Notes: a model not told the origin generated them from the letters alone. A stretch of DNA of 64,000 bases from Bacillota bacterium (GCA_015059485.1 SVAH01000001.1:66724-130723), one strand, 5' to 3'. Counted from the stretch's first letter, positions 27,475 through 38,353 are shown. Numbers and translations are program-made.

Positions 27475-30225
27475 ATGGGTACATATGAGAGTGAATCTAA
27501 ATTAGAAGATAGAATGATAGACCAATTAAGAAAACAAGGATATCAATATATTGAAATAAATGATGTAACCGAATTAGAAAGAAATTTTAGGGAACAAGTA
27601 AACCTACATAATAGAGCAGAATTAAAGTTTAAAGACTTATCTGATAAAGAATTTGAAAGACTAATGGTAAAAATATCTGGTAAAGGTGTTTTTCAGTCTG
27701 CAAAAGAATTAAGACAAAAGCAAGATATACAAAGAGATGATGGTTCAATTGTTTATATTGAATTGTTTAATACAAAAGATTGGTGTAGAAATAACTTTCA
27801 AGTAACTCATCAAACTACTGTTGAAGGTAAATATACTAATAGATACGATGTAACTATTTTAATTAATGGACTTCCTCTTGTTCAAATTGAATTAAAACGA
27901 AGAGGAATAGATATGAAAGAAGCTTTTAATCAAATTAAAAGATATAAAAGACATTCATATTTTGGATTATATAAATTTATTCAATTATTCGTTATAAGTA
28001 ATGGTGTAGATACAAAGTATTTTGCTAATGGAGATCAAGAACTTAATTATGGATTTACATTCTATTGGACTGATGTAGATAACAATAGAATAACTAATCT
28101 AGAACAATTCTGTGTATTCTTCTTAGATAGATGTCATATTGGTAAAATGATAGCTAGATACATGATTATAAATGAAACTGAAAAAATGTTAATGGTTATG
28201 AGACCATATCAAGTATATGCTGTAGAAAATATTGTATCTCGTGCTTTAGATACAAATAATAATGGTTATGTATGGCATACAACAGGTTCAGGTAAAACTA
28301 TAACTTCATTTAAAACAAGCCAAATTTTATCTTTAGAGCCATCTATTAATCAGGTATTTTTCTTAGTTGATAGAAAAGACTTAGACAAACAAACCTTAGA
28401 TGAATTTAATAAATTCGATCCAGGTTGTGTTGATATGACAAATCAAACTGATAAATTAATACAACAAATTAAAGATAGTACAAAACCATTAATAATTACT
28501 ACAATTCAAAAAATGGCTAATGCATGTTCAAATCCTAAATATGCGAGTGTTATGGAAAAATATAAAGATTTAAAAACTATCTTTATAATTGATGAATGTC
28601 ATAGATCTCAATTTGGGGATATGCATAGACAAATATCTAAAACATTTAGTAAAGCTCAATATTTTGGATTTACTGGTACTCCAAGATTTAAAGAAAATCC
28701 ATCACAAGATGGTAGAAGTACAGCAGATATTTTTGAAAAATGTTTACATACATATTTAATTAAAGATGCTATTAAAGATGAGAATGTTTTAGGATTCTCA
28801 GTTGATTATATGAAGTTTGTTGAATTCAACGGACAAACAGAAGAAGATTTAATGGTAGAAGGAATAGATACTGATGAAGTATTTATGGCTGATGATAGAG
28901 TAAGACTTATTGCACAAGATATTATTGATCATCATAATGTTAAAACTAGAGATAGAAAATATAATGCTTTATTTACTGTTTCATCAATACCTTTATTAAT
29001 TAAGTATTATGATATGTTTAAATCATTAAATCATGATTTAAAGATTGGTGCTATATTTACTTATGGTGCTAATGAAGATTTAGATAAGAATCCAGAACAT
29101 TCAAGAGAAGCACTTGATAGATGTATGAAAGATTATAACAAGATGTTCAAAACTAATTTTAGTACTCATACATTTGATTCTTATTTTAGAGATATATGTA
29201 AGAGAATTAAAAATACTGAAATTGATATTGTTATAGTAGTTAATATGTTATTGACAGGATTTGATGCTAAGAGATTAAATACTTTATATGTAGATAAACC
29301 ATTAAAGTATCATGATCTTATTCAAGCATTCTCAAGAACTAATAGAGTAGAATCTGATACTAAACCATTTGGTAATATAGTATGTTATAGAACTACTAAA
29401 GCTAGAGTAGATGAAGCTGTTAAATTATTCTCACAAACAAATAGTGTAGATACAGTTATTATGGCTCCATATGAAACATACTTAGAAAAATTCAATAATG
29501 CAGTAAATAAATTATTAGAAATTACTCCAGTAGTTGAAAGTGTAGATTCACTTGAAAGTGAAGATGATATAAAAGAATTTATAGTCGCATTTAGAGAAGT
29601 AGCTAAAATATTAGTTAGTTTAAAAACATTTAATCAATTTGATTTAGATAATACTGATTCAATGATTAATACTCAAATGTTTGAAGATTATAAATCTAAG
29701 TATTATGAATTATATAGAAAACTATCAAATGATAAAGAAAAGAGTTCTATTTTGAATGATGTAACATTCTCGCTAGAACTAATACAAACTGATAAAATTA
29801 ATGTTTCTTATATTTTAAATTTAATTAGAAATGTTGATTTATCTAATGAAGAACAAAAACAAAAAGATATAGCTGATATTCAAAGTAAATTAGTTAATAT
29901 TACAGATGATGAATTATTCTTAAAAGCTGAATTAATTAAGAGTTTCTTATCTTCAATTTTACCAGCATTAAAAGAAGAAGATTCAATAGATGAAGCTTTC
30001 GATAAGCATATGAATAAAGAAAGACAAAAAGAAATTGAAAAATTTGCTACTGAAAATAATATTAACTTAGAAACACTTGAAACAATAATAAACGAATTTG
30101 AATATAGTGGTATTTTCCCAGATGGATTAATAGGACAATCTATTGAAGCTCCATTCTTGAAGAAAATATCAATTATTGAGAATATTAAAGGATTCGTTAA
30201 GAATCTATTAAAGAAATATATGTAG
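27475..30225 (+). CDS. hsdR: Type I restriction endonuclease subunit R
   Basis: DVTILINGLPLVQIELK, HTTGSGKT, DECHR, FTGTP, MLLTGFD and QAFSRTNR motifs. Confidence 0.95.
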   Translation: MGTYESESKLEDRMIDQLRKQGYQYIEINDVTELERNFREQVNLHNRAELKFKDLSDKEFERLMVKISGKGVFQSAKELRQKQDIQRDDGSIVYIELFNTKDWCRNNFQVTHQTTVEGKYTNRYDVTILINGLPLVQIELKRRGIDMKEAFNQIKRYKRHSYFGLYKFIQLFVISNGVDTKYFANGDQELNYGFTFYWTDVDNNRITNLEQFCVFFLDRCHIGKMIARYMIINETEKMLMVMRPYQVYAVENIVSRALDTNNNGYVWHTTGSGKTITSFKTSQILSLEPSINQVFFLVDRKDLDKQTLDEFNKFDPGCVDMTNQTDKLIQQIKDSTKPLIITTIQKMANACSNPKYASVMEKYKDLKTIFIIDECHRSQFGDMHRQISKTFSKAQYFGFTGTPRFKENPSQDGRSTADIFEKCLHTYLIKDAIKDENVLGFSVDYMKFVEFNGQTEEDLMVEGIDTDEVFMADDRVRLIAQDIIDHHNVKTRDRKYNALFTVSSIPLLIKYYDMFKSLNHDLKIGAIFTYGANEDLDKNPEHSREALDRCMKDYNKMFKTNFSTHTFDSYFRDICKRIKNTEIDIVIVVNMLLTGFDAKRLNTLYVDKPLKYHDLIQAFSRTNRVESDTKPFGNIVCYRTTKARVDEAVKLFSQTNSVDTVIMAPYETYLEKFNNAVNKLLEITPVVESVDSLESEDDIKEFIVAFREVAKILVSLKTFNQFDLDNTDSMINTQMFEDYKSKYYELYRKLSNDKEKSSILNDVTFSLELIQTDKINVSYILNLIRNVDLSNEEQKQKDIADIQSKLVNITDDELFLKAELIKSFLSSILPALKEEDSIDEAFDKHMNKERQKEIEKFATENNINLETLETIINEFEYSGIFPDGLIGQSIEAPFLKKISIIENIKGFVKNLLKKYM

Positions 30226-30236
30226 GAGGTTAAAAT

Positions 30237-31799
30237 ATGTCTAGAGAAGAAAAACAACAATCACAACAAGCAGAACTTCAAAAACAATTATGGAGTATTG
30301 CTAATACCCTAAGGGGTAATATGGATGCGAATGATTTTAAAAACTATATTCTTGGATTAATCTTCTACAGATATTTATCTGAAAATCTAGTTAATTATGT
30401 TAATTCAACATATTTAAAAGATGATGAAATAGATTATGAAGAAGCTTGGAATAAAGAAGAATATAGAGAAGCATTAAAATCACAATTAATTAATGATTCA
30501 AATATGGGATATTTCTTAGAAGCTGATTATTTATGGAGTACATTAATTAAGAAAATTAAGACTGGTAAATTTGATATTTCAATGTTAGCTAAAGCAGTTA
30601 ATACAATATCTGAATCAACTTTAGGAAATGAATCTGAAGATGATTTTGAAAATCTATTTGAAGATATGGATTTAAATAACTCTAAATTAGGTAGAGGAGA
30701 AGCTGAAAGAACTAAATTAATATCTACTATTATGCTTAAGATAGATGATATTGATTTCCATCATGAAGATGCTGAAATTGATGTATTAGGTGATGCATAT
30801 GAATATTTGATTTCAAATTTCGCTGCATCAGCTGGTAAAAAAGCAGGAGAGTTCTATACTCCACAACAAGTATCAAGAATACTTGCTAAATTAGTAACTT
30901 TAAATAAATCAAAATTACAAAGTGTTTATGATCCAACTTGTGGATCTGGTTCATTACTATTAAGAGTAGGTAAAGAAACTAAAGTTACATCATATTATGG
31001 TCAAGAGTTCAATTCAACTACTTACAACTTAGCTCGAATGAATATGTTATTACATGGTATTTCATTTAAACATTTTGATATTAAAAATGATGATACACTT
31101 GAAAGACCAAGACATATTGATATGAAGTTTGATGCCATCGTTGCAAATCCTCCATATTCAGCTCAATGGAGTGCAGATCCTAAATTTATTGAAGATGAGA
31201 GATTTAGTGCCTATGGTAAGTTGGCTCCTAAATCAAAAGCTGATTTTGCATTTATTCAACATATGATTTATCAATTATCTGATAATGGAACTATGGCTGT
31301 AGTTTTACCACATGGAGTTCTATTTAGAGGTGCTTCTGAAGGAACTATAAGAGAATACTTAATTAAAGAAAAGAATTATTTAGATGCTGTAATTGGATTA
31401 CCAGCAAATATATTCTATGGAACAAGTATTCCAACTTGTATTCTTGTATTTAAAAAATGTAGAGAAAATGAAGAAAATATTTTATTTATAGATGCATCTA
31501 AAGATTTTGAAGCTGGAAAGAATCAAAACAGATTAAGAGATGAAGATGTAGATAAGATTATAGAAACATACAAAAATAGAGTAGAAGTAGAAAAATATTG
31601 TCATGTTGCTCCTATGTCAGAAGTAGCAGAAAATGATTATAATCTTAATATTCCTAGATATGTAGATACATTTGAAGAGGAAGAAGAAATTGATATTAAA
31701 GCTGTACAACAAGATTTAAAACAAATTGATAAAGAAATAGCAGAAGTAGATAAAGAATTAAATGTATATCTAAAAGAATTAGGATTAGATGAAATATAA
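30237..31799 (+). CDS. hsdM: Type I R-M methyltransferase subunit M
   Basis: GEFYTP, YDPTCGSGSLL, ANPPY and YNLNIPRY motifs. Confidence 0.95.
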   Translation: MSREEKQQSQQAELQKQLWSIANTLRGNMDANDFKNYILGLIFYRYLSENLVNYVNSTYLKDDEIDYEEAWNKEEYREALKSQLINDSNMGYFLEADYLWSTLIKKIKTGKFDISMLAKAVNTISESTLGNESEDDFENLFEDMDLNNSKLGRGEAERTKLISTIMLKIDDIDFHHEDAEIDVLGDAYEYLISNFAASAGKKAGEFYTPQQVSRILAKLVTLNKSKLQSVYDPTCGSGSLLLRVGKETKVTSYYGQEFNSTTYNLARMNMLLHGISFKHFDIKNDDTLERPRHIDMKFDAIVANPPYSAQWSADPKFIEDERFSAYGKLAPKSKADFAFIQHMIYQLSDNGTMAVVLPHGVLFRGASEGTIREYLIKEKNYLDAVIGLPANIFYGTSIPTCILVFKKCRENEENILFIDASKDFEAGKNQNRLRDEDVDKIIETYKNRVEVEKYCHVAPMSEVAENDYNLNIPRYVDTFEEEEEIDIKAVQQDLKQIDKEIAEVDKELNVYLKELGLDEI

Positions 31800-31810
31800 T
31801 ATAAAAAGGA

Positions 31811-32404
31811 CTATACAAACATATCTTGCATAAGTCCTTTTTTTAGTTCTGATAATTTATCTAATTTTTGTGTTTCGCATAATATTTTTTTATCAATTAA
31901 TTCAATATTATTTACAATTTTATTTTGAATATCTAAAGATGGAAGTTTTATGTTAAATTTTAAGAAATCTTCAGGTGAAACAGCCATTCTTTCATATACT
32001 GTTCCTTGTTCATATTTTCTAACTGCATTAATGAAATTATTTCTTGTTGTATAGTATTTTATGTATTTTGGATTAACTGTTGTATTTATTTCAAATGTTA
32101 CATATATTGGTGAGAATATTGCAGATCCATACTCATTTAGACAAATAACTCCAAATTTTAAATTTGCTGGATTATAACATAAATCATTTAACTTTGTGAT
32201 TTTGTATTGTTTGTCTTCAGATTTTACTAAAAAATCTCTATTATATCTTTCACCTTTATCATATATACCATCTTTAGATAAAGTTACATGAGGGTATTCT
32301 AATCCTTTTTCTGAATATAACTTTCTTTCCTTTAATATTTTTTTAAGACTAATTTCTGGATAATCTTCTCTAAATACATCTTCCAAAAGTCCTTTTTTAA
32401 ATAA
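31811..32404 (-). pseudogene. hsdS: Silent hsdS half-gene (C-terminal TRD donor)
   Basis: One TRD ending KKGLMQDMFV; starts at a 15-bp repeat matching 35306-35320; no RBS. Confidence 0.8.
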
Positions 32405-32422
32405 AGAAGATACTAAAAAGGA

Positions 32423-33589
32423 CTATACAAACATATCTTGCATAAGTCCTTTTTTTAACTCACTTAATTTACTATATTTACTTTCTTCTAATGAAATCTT
32501 GCTATCAATAAGTGATAAAATTCTACCTATTTTATTTTGTTCATTCATATTTGGTACACTTATTGTTATTTCACCAAATAAATCCATATTAAGATTTCTT
32601 CTTACTATACTTGCACCTTGCTCTGAGGAAATCATATATTCATATAATGCTCTTGGTGATTTAATCCAATTTTTAAAATAATCGATGTTAACGATATCTG
32701 TTTTAATATCAAATATTTTATAAGATGGAGAAACAATACCAATTTCGTATTTGTTATTAATATTTATATTCCCCATCCATAGATTTTGTGGACTTAATAC
32801 TAATTGATTTCTCTTTAATATTTTGTATCCTATATTATTTTCACTGGCAGCTTGTTTATTAAAATATTCGCTTTGCAAAAATATACCTTTGGCAGTAGAT
32901 GATAATATTTCATATTGATTATTAACTGTTGTTTTTTCATTACATTCCATTAAAATGTCTTTAAGGGGTATTTTTTTATACGAATCATCATTTTTAATTT
33001 GATTTATTTGACTTAACTTAAATAACTTAAGGTCTTCAATTTTCTTAGATTGTAATTCTATTTTTTTATCTATAAGTGATAGAAAATTGGAGATCTTATT
33101 TTCCTCATCTATGTTAGTTATTGAAAACTTATAACTTCCATATTCTTGAGAATTTATACCAGGTTGTCCAGATCTCATGGACATAATCCTTATCCAATTA
33201 TTATATTTATTTAATTTAGTTTGTTGAAAAATAAAATTTGAATTATGATTTATAATACTTGCTTTAATTAAGAATCCAGCATAATAAAGCTTTCCATCAT
33301 TTGAATTATATAAATAAGTTTTTCCTGTACTTGCACCTGTTCTCGCAAATAATATATCATTTTCTTTAACTAAAAATTTATCTTCTAAGATTCCATCTGG
33401 TGATACCACATCTTTATTTGAATACCTATTTGAATTTTCATCTATATCAGTTATTCTAATATATTTATTTTCTCCATCATATTCTTTGGAAGCAGAATTC
33501 ATTCCATATGCTATTTCAGATGTAATATTTTTCAACTCAGTTTCTTCCCATTCGTTGTTAAAATTTTTGAATCTCAATTTAGGTTTCAT
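32423..33589 (-). CDS. hsdS: Type I R-M specificity subunit S (allele A)
   Basis: MKPKLRF start, two TRDs, conserved central and C-terminal repeats. Confidence 0.9.
   Translation of the reverse strand: MKPKLRFKNFNNEWEETELKNITSEIAYGMNSASKEYDGENKYIRITDIDENSNRYSNKDVVSPDGILEDKFLVKENDILFARTGASTGKTYLYNSNDGKLYYAGFLIKASIINHNSNFIFQQTKLNKYNNWIRIMSMRSGQPGINSQEYGSYKFSITNIDEENKISNFLSLIDKKIELQSKKIEDLKLFKLSQINQIKNDDSYKKIPLKDILMECNEKTTVNNQYEILSSTAKGIFLQSEYFNKQAASENNIGYKILKRNQLVLSPQNLWMGNININNKYEIGIVSPSYKIFDIKTDIVNIDYFKNWIKSPRALYEYMISSEQGASIVRRNLNMDLFGEITISVPNMNEQNKIGRILSLIDSKISLEESKYSKLSELKKGLMQDMFV
33018..33091. repeat. 74-bp inverted repeat (partner 35240-35313), between TRDs
   Basis: Perfect reverse complement by eye. 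Confidence 0.9.
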
Positions 33590-33619
33590 TATCTCACCAC
33601 CAGTCCTTAAGTTTAATAA
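33585..33619. repeat. 35-bp inverted repeat (partner 34703-34737) spanning the hsdS RBS and start codon
   Basis: TTATTAAACTTAAGGACTGGTGGTGAGATAATGAA present in both orientations. Confidence 0.9.
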
Positions 33620-33688
33620 AAAGTTACTAACTTAACTAATAATAATTATATCACACTTTTATCGATTTTGAACATTATAAAAAGTATT

Positions 33689-34654
33689 TCAAATACTTTC
33701 TTGAAATACTTTGCATATCATATCAATACATTTTTTCTTTTGAGATAATCTAGGATGTACATATAGGTTTAATGTTATATTAACATTAGCATGACCTAAT
33801 AACTCACTTACAGTCTTATAATCCACACCTAAAGAGATACAATTTGTGGCAAATGTGTGTCTTAATGAATGAAAATTAAATTGTTTTATTTTGACTTGTT
33901 TTAATACTTTGTTAAAGTATTTTCTATATGTTCTTGGTTCAAGATATTTACTTGAACCAGTAATTATATAATCGTCACCTTTAGTTTTAAGTTTTTTTAA
34001 TAATTCTAAAAATTCTTTGTTAATAGGTATTTCTCTATTAGCATTTTTTGTTTTTGGAGTTGTTATTATCACTTTAGAAACATTATTATCTTTATCTTTA
34101 ATATAAACTCTTTGGATTGTTTTATTTACAGATAATATATTCTTTTTGAAGTCTATATCATTCCATTGTAATGCACATAATTCACCAATTCTAAGACCTG
34201 AATATAAGGATATTAATAATCCTATATTTCTATTAGTTAAGTTTTCTAAAACATAATTTGTAAGTTTGTTTTGTTCATGTTTTGATAGGATATATATTTT
34301 TGAATCTTTATTATCTTTTGGATAATTAAAAGTCAATTCAAAATGTCTTATTTTTTCTTCATTTATTGCTTTTCTCAAACTTCCTTTAATAATGATTGTT
34401 ATATCCTTAATTGTTTTTTCAGATAATCCACCAGATCCATCTTTTCTTCCATTTTTAAATAGATTTAAAAGAAAATCTTGAATAGTTTTATGATTTAAAT
34501 CTTGAATATAGATATTTCCTAGATTAGGAATTATATGATTGAAAATATTATTTGAATAATTAGCATATGTTGATTCTTTTATATATTCTTTCTTATCAAT
34601 CAACCATTCATAAATCCAATCACTATATAAAATCTTATTTTTTTTAGCAAACAT
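33689..34654 (-). CDS. Tyrosine recombinase (hsdS invertase)
   Basis: SGLRIGE, PKT, HSLRHTFAT and LLGHANVNITLNLY motifs. Confidence 0.92.
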   Translation of the reverse strand: MFAKKNKILYSDWIYEWLIDKKEYIKESTYANYSNNIFNHIIPNLGNIYIQDLNHKTIQDFLLNLFKNGRKDGSGGLSEKTIKDITIIIKGSLRKAINEEKIRHFELTFNYPKDNKDSKIYILSKHEQNKLTNYVLENLTNRNIGLLISLYSGLRIGELCALQWNDIDFKKNILSVNKTIQRVYIKDKDNNVSKVIITTPKTKNANREIPINKEFLELLKKLKTKGDDYIITGSSKYLEPRTYRKYFNKVLKQVKIKQFNFHSLRHTFATNCISLGVDYKTVSELLGHANVNITLNLYVHPRLSQKKKCIDMICKVFQESI

Positions 34655-34732
34655 ATAATATTCCTCCTTTCCAAAGAAATATTATAGTTGTTCATTATCT
34701 CATTATTAAACTTAAGGACTGGTGGTGAGATA

Positions 34733-35878
34733 ATGAATGTTCCCAAAATAAGATTTAGCGAATTTACTTCTGAATATAAAAAATATAAATTTAAAGATGT
34801 AGCTACATTGTATAGAGGAAGTTCACCAAGACCAATTATTAATTTTATAACTAAGTCTGATGATGGAGTTAATTGGATAAAGATTGGTGATGTTAATGAA
34901 AATGATACATATATAAATAAAACAAGTGAAAAAATCACAGTTGAAGGTTCAAAAAAATCTAGAAAAGTTTATAAGAACGATATTATTTTATCTAACTCAA
35001 TGAGTTTTGGAAGACCGTATATTTTAAATATTGATGGATGTATTCATGATGGTTGGTTCGTAGTTAGAGATTATAATGAAAAATTAGTTCAAAAATATTT
35101 ATATCATTTTATGTCTTCTCCAGTTATTCAAAAACAATATAAAAAATTATCTGCTGGTGGAGTTGTAAGTAATATAAGTAGTGATTTAGTTTATAGCGTT
35201 GATATAAATATTCCTTCAAAAGAAGAACAAATTAAGGTTTCCAATTTTCTATCACTTATAGATAAAAAAATAGAATTACAATCTAAGAAAATTGAAGACC
35301 TTAAGTTATTTAAAAAAGGATTAATTCATCAAATGAAGAAGAATAGTAATAACTGGTCTGAATATAAAATATCTGAAATATTTAAAATTACTAGAGGAGT
35401 AGTAATTCCTAAAACTGACTTATTAGATAATAAAACTACAAAATATCAATATCCAGTTTATTCATCTCAAACATCTAATAATGGAATTCTAGGTTATGAT
35501 ACAAAGTATGATTTTGATGGAAAATATTTAACGTGGACTACAGATGGAGCTAATGCTGGGAAAGTGTTTTATCGTAATGGAAAATTTAGATGTACTAATG
35601 TTTGTGGTGTTTTGTACAATGATAATAACAAATATGTTGATGAGTTAACAGCTGAACTCTTAAACTATGAAACACCAAAACATGTGTCTTATGTAGGTAA
35701 CCCTAAATTAATGAATAATGTTATGGGAGATATTAAAATTTTTCTACCTGATAGTAATGAATCTCATAGGGTAAGTAATATATTATTAGTAATAAATAAT
35801 AAAGTTTTATTAGAAACTGATAAGTTAAATAAATTAAATAAACTAAAAAAAGGACTTATGCAAAATATGTTTGTATAG
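34733..35878 (+). CDS. hsdS: Type I R-M specificity subunit S (allele B)
   Basis: MNVPKIRF start with GGTGGTGA RBS; two TRDs; ends KKGLMQNMFV. Confidence 0.9.
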   Translation: MNVPKIRFSEFTSEYKKYKFKDVATLYRGSSPRPIINFITKSDDGVNWIKIGDVNENDTYINKTSEKITVEGSKKSRKVYKNDIILSNSMSFGRPYILNIDGCIHDGWFVVRDYNEKLVQKYLYHFMSSPVIQKQYKKLSAGGVVSNISSDLVYSVDINIPSKEEQIKVSNFLSLIDKKIELQSKKIEDLKLFKKGLIHQMKKNSNNWSEYKISEIFKITRGVVIPKTDLLDNKTTKYQYPVYSSQTSNNGILGYDTKYDFDGKYLTWTTDGANAGKVFYRNGKFRCTNVCGVLYNDNNKYVDELTAELLNYETPKHVSYVGNPKLMNNVMGDIKIFLPDSNESHRVSNILLVINNKVLLETDKLNKLNKLKKGLMQNMFV

Positions 35879-35887
35879 TCCTTTTTA
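35844..35887. repeat. 44-bp hsdS 3'-end repeat (inverted copies at 31802-31845 and 32414-32457)
   Basis: One mismatch between copies; the repeat is itself bounded by AAAAAGGACT/AGTCCTTTTT. Confidence 0.85.
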
Positions 35888-36310
35888 TTTTAATATATCG
35901 TATATTGATAGTTTGTGATTATAACAAATGGTGTATAATGTAAGTGAGGTTACTAAAAATTTACCAGACTCATATCCACTATAAGTAGGTTGAGTAATCA
36001 TACATTCATCAGCAATTTGTTGTTGAGTTAAACCAAGTTTGTTTCTAATTTTCTTTAAATTAGAGCCGACTTGTTTTTTATTAAGTTTGTTTATTTCTGT
36101 GTAATTGTCATTTTTTCTTCTTAATCCCATTACATAGTCTATAGAATATTTATACAGATTAGAGAACTTTATCATTTTAGGTAGTGGCATTGGATCTTGA
36201 TTTGTTTCCCAACCAGTAACAGTTTTTCTTGATACCCCAAAAACAAATCCAAGTTCTTCTTGAGTCATCTCTAATTCTTCTCTACAATATTTTAAATTGT
36301 TATTTAGCAT
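35885..36310 (-). CDS. Tandem XRE HTH regulator
   Basis: Two HTH_3-like repeats (LKYCREELEMTQEELG; LKKIRNKLGLTQQQIA). Confidence 0.85.
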   Translation of the reverse strand: MLNNNLKYCREELEMTQEELGFVFGVSRKTVTGWETNQDPMPLPKMIKFSNLYKYSIDYVMGLRRKNDNYTEINKLNKKQVGSNLKKIRNKLGLTQQQIADECMITQPTYSGYESGKFLVTSLTLYTICYNHKLSIYDILK

Positions 36311-36403
36311 TTATCTCACCCATATTAATTTTCCCATTAAATATTAGAATATTAATAAATTGCTGGGTCATTTTATAAAAGTATGATATAATTAGAAAGA
36401 CAG

Positions 36404-37120
36404 GTGATACTATTGAAAAATAAAAAAAGAAAAGAAGATTTAAAACAATTAGCACTTAAAAAAATGGATAATGGTGGAAGAATATATCAATTAATAAATA
36501 GTAACAAATTAGATAAAATAATAGATTTAATAACAGATGAGAAAACTCCTGCTATTAAAACTACTTTAGTAGAAAAAGGTTACTTAACTGCAAATGAGCA
36601 GTTTATAGATATGTTGAGTAACTTTTTATATTATTTTGATATGAATTTCCCATCTGTAGGTCATAAAGATTTAATGATTCAATTTATTCTTGAATCTCAA
36701 ATTCCTGAATTTCTTCTATGTAAGAAGTACTGGGGAGATAATAACAATATACCATATTTTACAAAAGAGATGGATAAAGCAATAGTTAATAATTTTTATA
36801 ATAATGTTATATTTACTGATGATTATAAAACTTTTCAAAAATATAAAATATTTCCTCATAAGATGAATCTAGAAGATAGAAAAGATCTTGATACTTTAAT
36901 TAAATTTATGAAAGATATAGCATGGACTAATTATAATGATTATTCTTTAGTATATCTATTTGATGAATTTGGTGAGAAAGAAAGAGCTTTTAGCAAAACA
37001 TATAAGAATAAAGGTAAACTTGAAATATATAGATTATTAATGGACGATTATAGAATGCATTTTGATATTTTAATAAGCCATTATGAAGATAAAAAAGAAT
37101 TATTGAAAATTATCGATTAA
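36404..37120 (+). CDS. Hypothetical protein
   Basis: 238-aa ORF; upstream TGATATAAT. Confidence 0.65.
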   Translation: MILLKNKKRKEDLKQLALKKMDNGGRIYQLINSNKLDKIIDLITDEKTPAIKTTLVEKGYLTANEQFIDMLSNFLYYFDMNFPSVGHKDLMIQFILESQIPEFLLCKKYWGDNNNIPYFTKEMDKAIVNNFYNNVIFTDDYKTFQKYKIFPHKMNLEDRKDLDTLIKFMKDIAWTNYNDYSLVYLFDEFGEKERAFSKTYKNKGKLEIYRLLMDDYRMHFDILISHYEDKKELLKIID

Positions 37121-37229
37121 GTTATACAATTTTAAAAAAATAAGTATAATATTAGTAAGTAGTTAATTTTAATTACACATTATTAAAAATCTGTTATAAT
37201 ACTAAATACGTTGCGAATGAGGTGGAAGC

Positions 37230-37553
37230 ATGAAATTAGATGCGATTATTGATGAACTACAGGAATATTGCTTCGAAGATAAAGAATCAATTAACGATAG
37301 AAAAGATTTATTTGATAATTATCAAATAGAGTTTTTAGATGGATGGATAGGATTATTACTTAATCAATATCTTCATAAAGAAAAATATGAAGTATATATA
37401 AGTATTAAGACTAAAGATAAAATTGCTTGTCCTTTATTATATAAATCATTCGGCAATGTAATGGATGCTAAAATGTACTATAATGAGTTAAAAAATTTAA
37501 TTGATAATAATGATGAAAAATTTATCATGAACCGTTGTAAAACAAGGGACTAA
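37230..37553 (+). CDS. Hypothetical protein
   Basis: GAGGTGG RBS; upstream TGTTATAAT. Confidence 0.65.
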   Translation: MKLDAIIDELQEYCFEDKESINDRKDLFDNYQIEFLDGWIGLLLNQYLHKEKYEVYISIKTKDKIACPLLYKSFGNVMDAKMYYNELKNLIDNNDEKFIMNRCKTRD

Positions 37554-37670
37554 AGCGAAAATTGTACCCCCTAACGTACCTATCGAAAGCGTCTTGTAAA
37601 TATATTTGAGTATGATAAAATATAGTAAAATGAAATAATTATGTAGAGATACAAGTATTTCATTTTTTTT

Positions 37671-37717
37671 AATTGTTATTGACTTTTTCCAAAAAAACTA
37701 TATAATAAATAACAATT
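37671..37717 (+). promoter_or_regulatory. Promoter flanked by a 10-bp inverted repeat
   Basis: TTGACT-16 bp-TATAAT between AATTGTTATT and AATAACAATT. Confidence 0.55.
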
Positions 37718-37921
37718 TATATGTAGTGGTTTGCAGAGATTGGAAGTGGTCTTTATGGAACTAATTGTATATATGAAGATGATGTATTTATCATCGATAC
37801 AAAAATCTATAGAGTCCTTCGACCCTCTAAAACCGAGTTTAAGAATTAAAATAGAAGAGAAGTAGTAGCTTTTATTAATTGGCCATTATTTCTCTTCTTT
37901 TTAATTTAATGGGGGATGCAT

Positions 37922-38353
37922 ATGAAATTATTGAGTTTAAAAGAACTAGATATGTTCGACTATGTGAAGACTAAAGAAAAGGTAGAAGCATACATCGGTG
38001 ATTTAAACATGATAAAGTACAAATATAGGAATGTTCTGCCCCCTCCAATCGCTTCACGACTATTTGATATTAAAGTTCAATCTTCGCCAACAAATAGATC
38101 TGGTATTGAATCTTATGTTGAGAAAAGGGATGAATACAATAGAGAATATAAGCAAAAACTCAACGAGATATATGAAATAATTGAAGATTTTTCATATTAC
38201 GAAAAAAGATTCTTTAAAGACTATTTTATTAATGGGGTCAAATTGCGTAATTTTGAGAAAGAATTTGCTTGTGGTGAAAGAATGGTCGATCATATAAAAG
38301 AAAGCTCAATAATCAAATTTGCACTTGCTACAGATTTAGCAGTATATAAATAA
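37922..38353 (+). CDS. ArpU-like (phage-type) transcriptional regulator
   Basis: KTKEKVE N-terminus, ESYVEKR, C-terminal HTH ending KESSIIKFALA. Confidence 0.6.
   Translation: MKLLSLKELDMFDYVKTKEKVEAYIGDLNMIKYKYRNVLPPPIASRLFDIKVQSSPTNRSGIESYVEKRDEYNREYKQKLNEIYEIIEDFSYYEKRFFKDYFINGVKLRNFEKEFACGERMVDHIKESSIIKFALATDLAVYK

Noticed and set aside
33689-34654. Tyrosine recombinase as the ICE or cassette integrase
   Set aside because: It lies between hsdS inverted repeats. The ICE end abuts the serine recombinases, and the 2-bp core fits serine chemistry.
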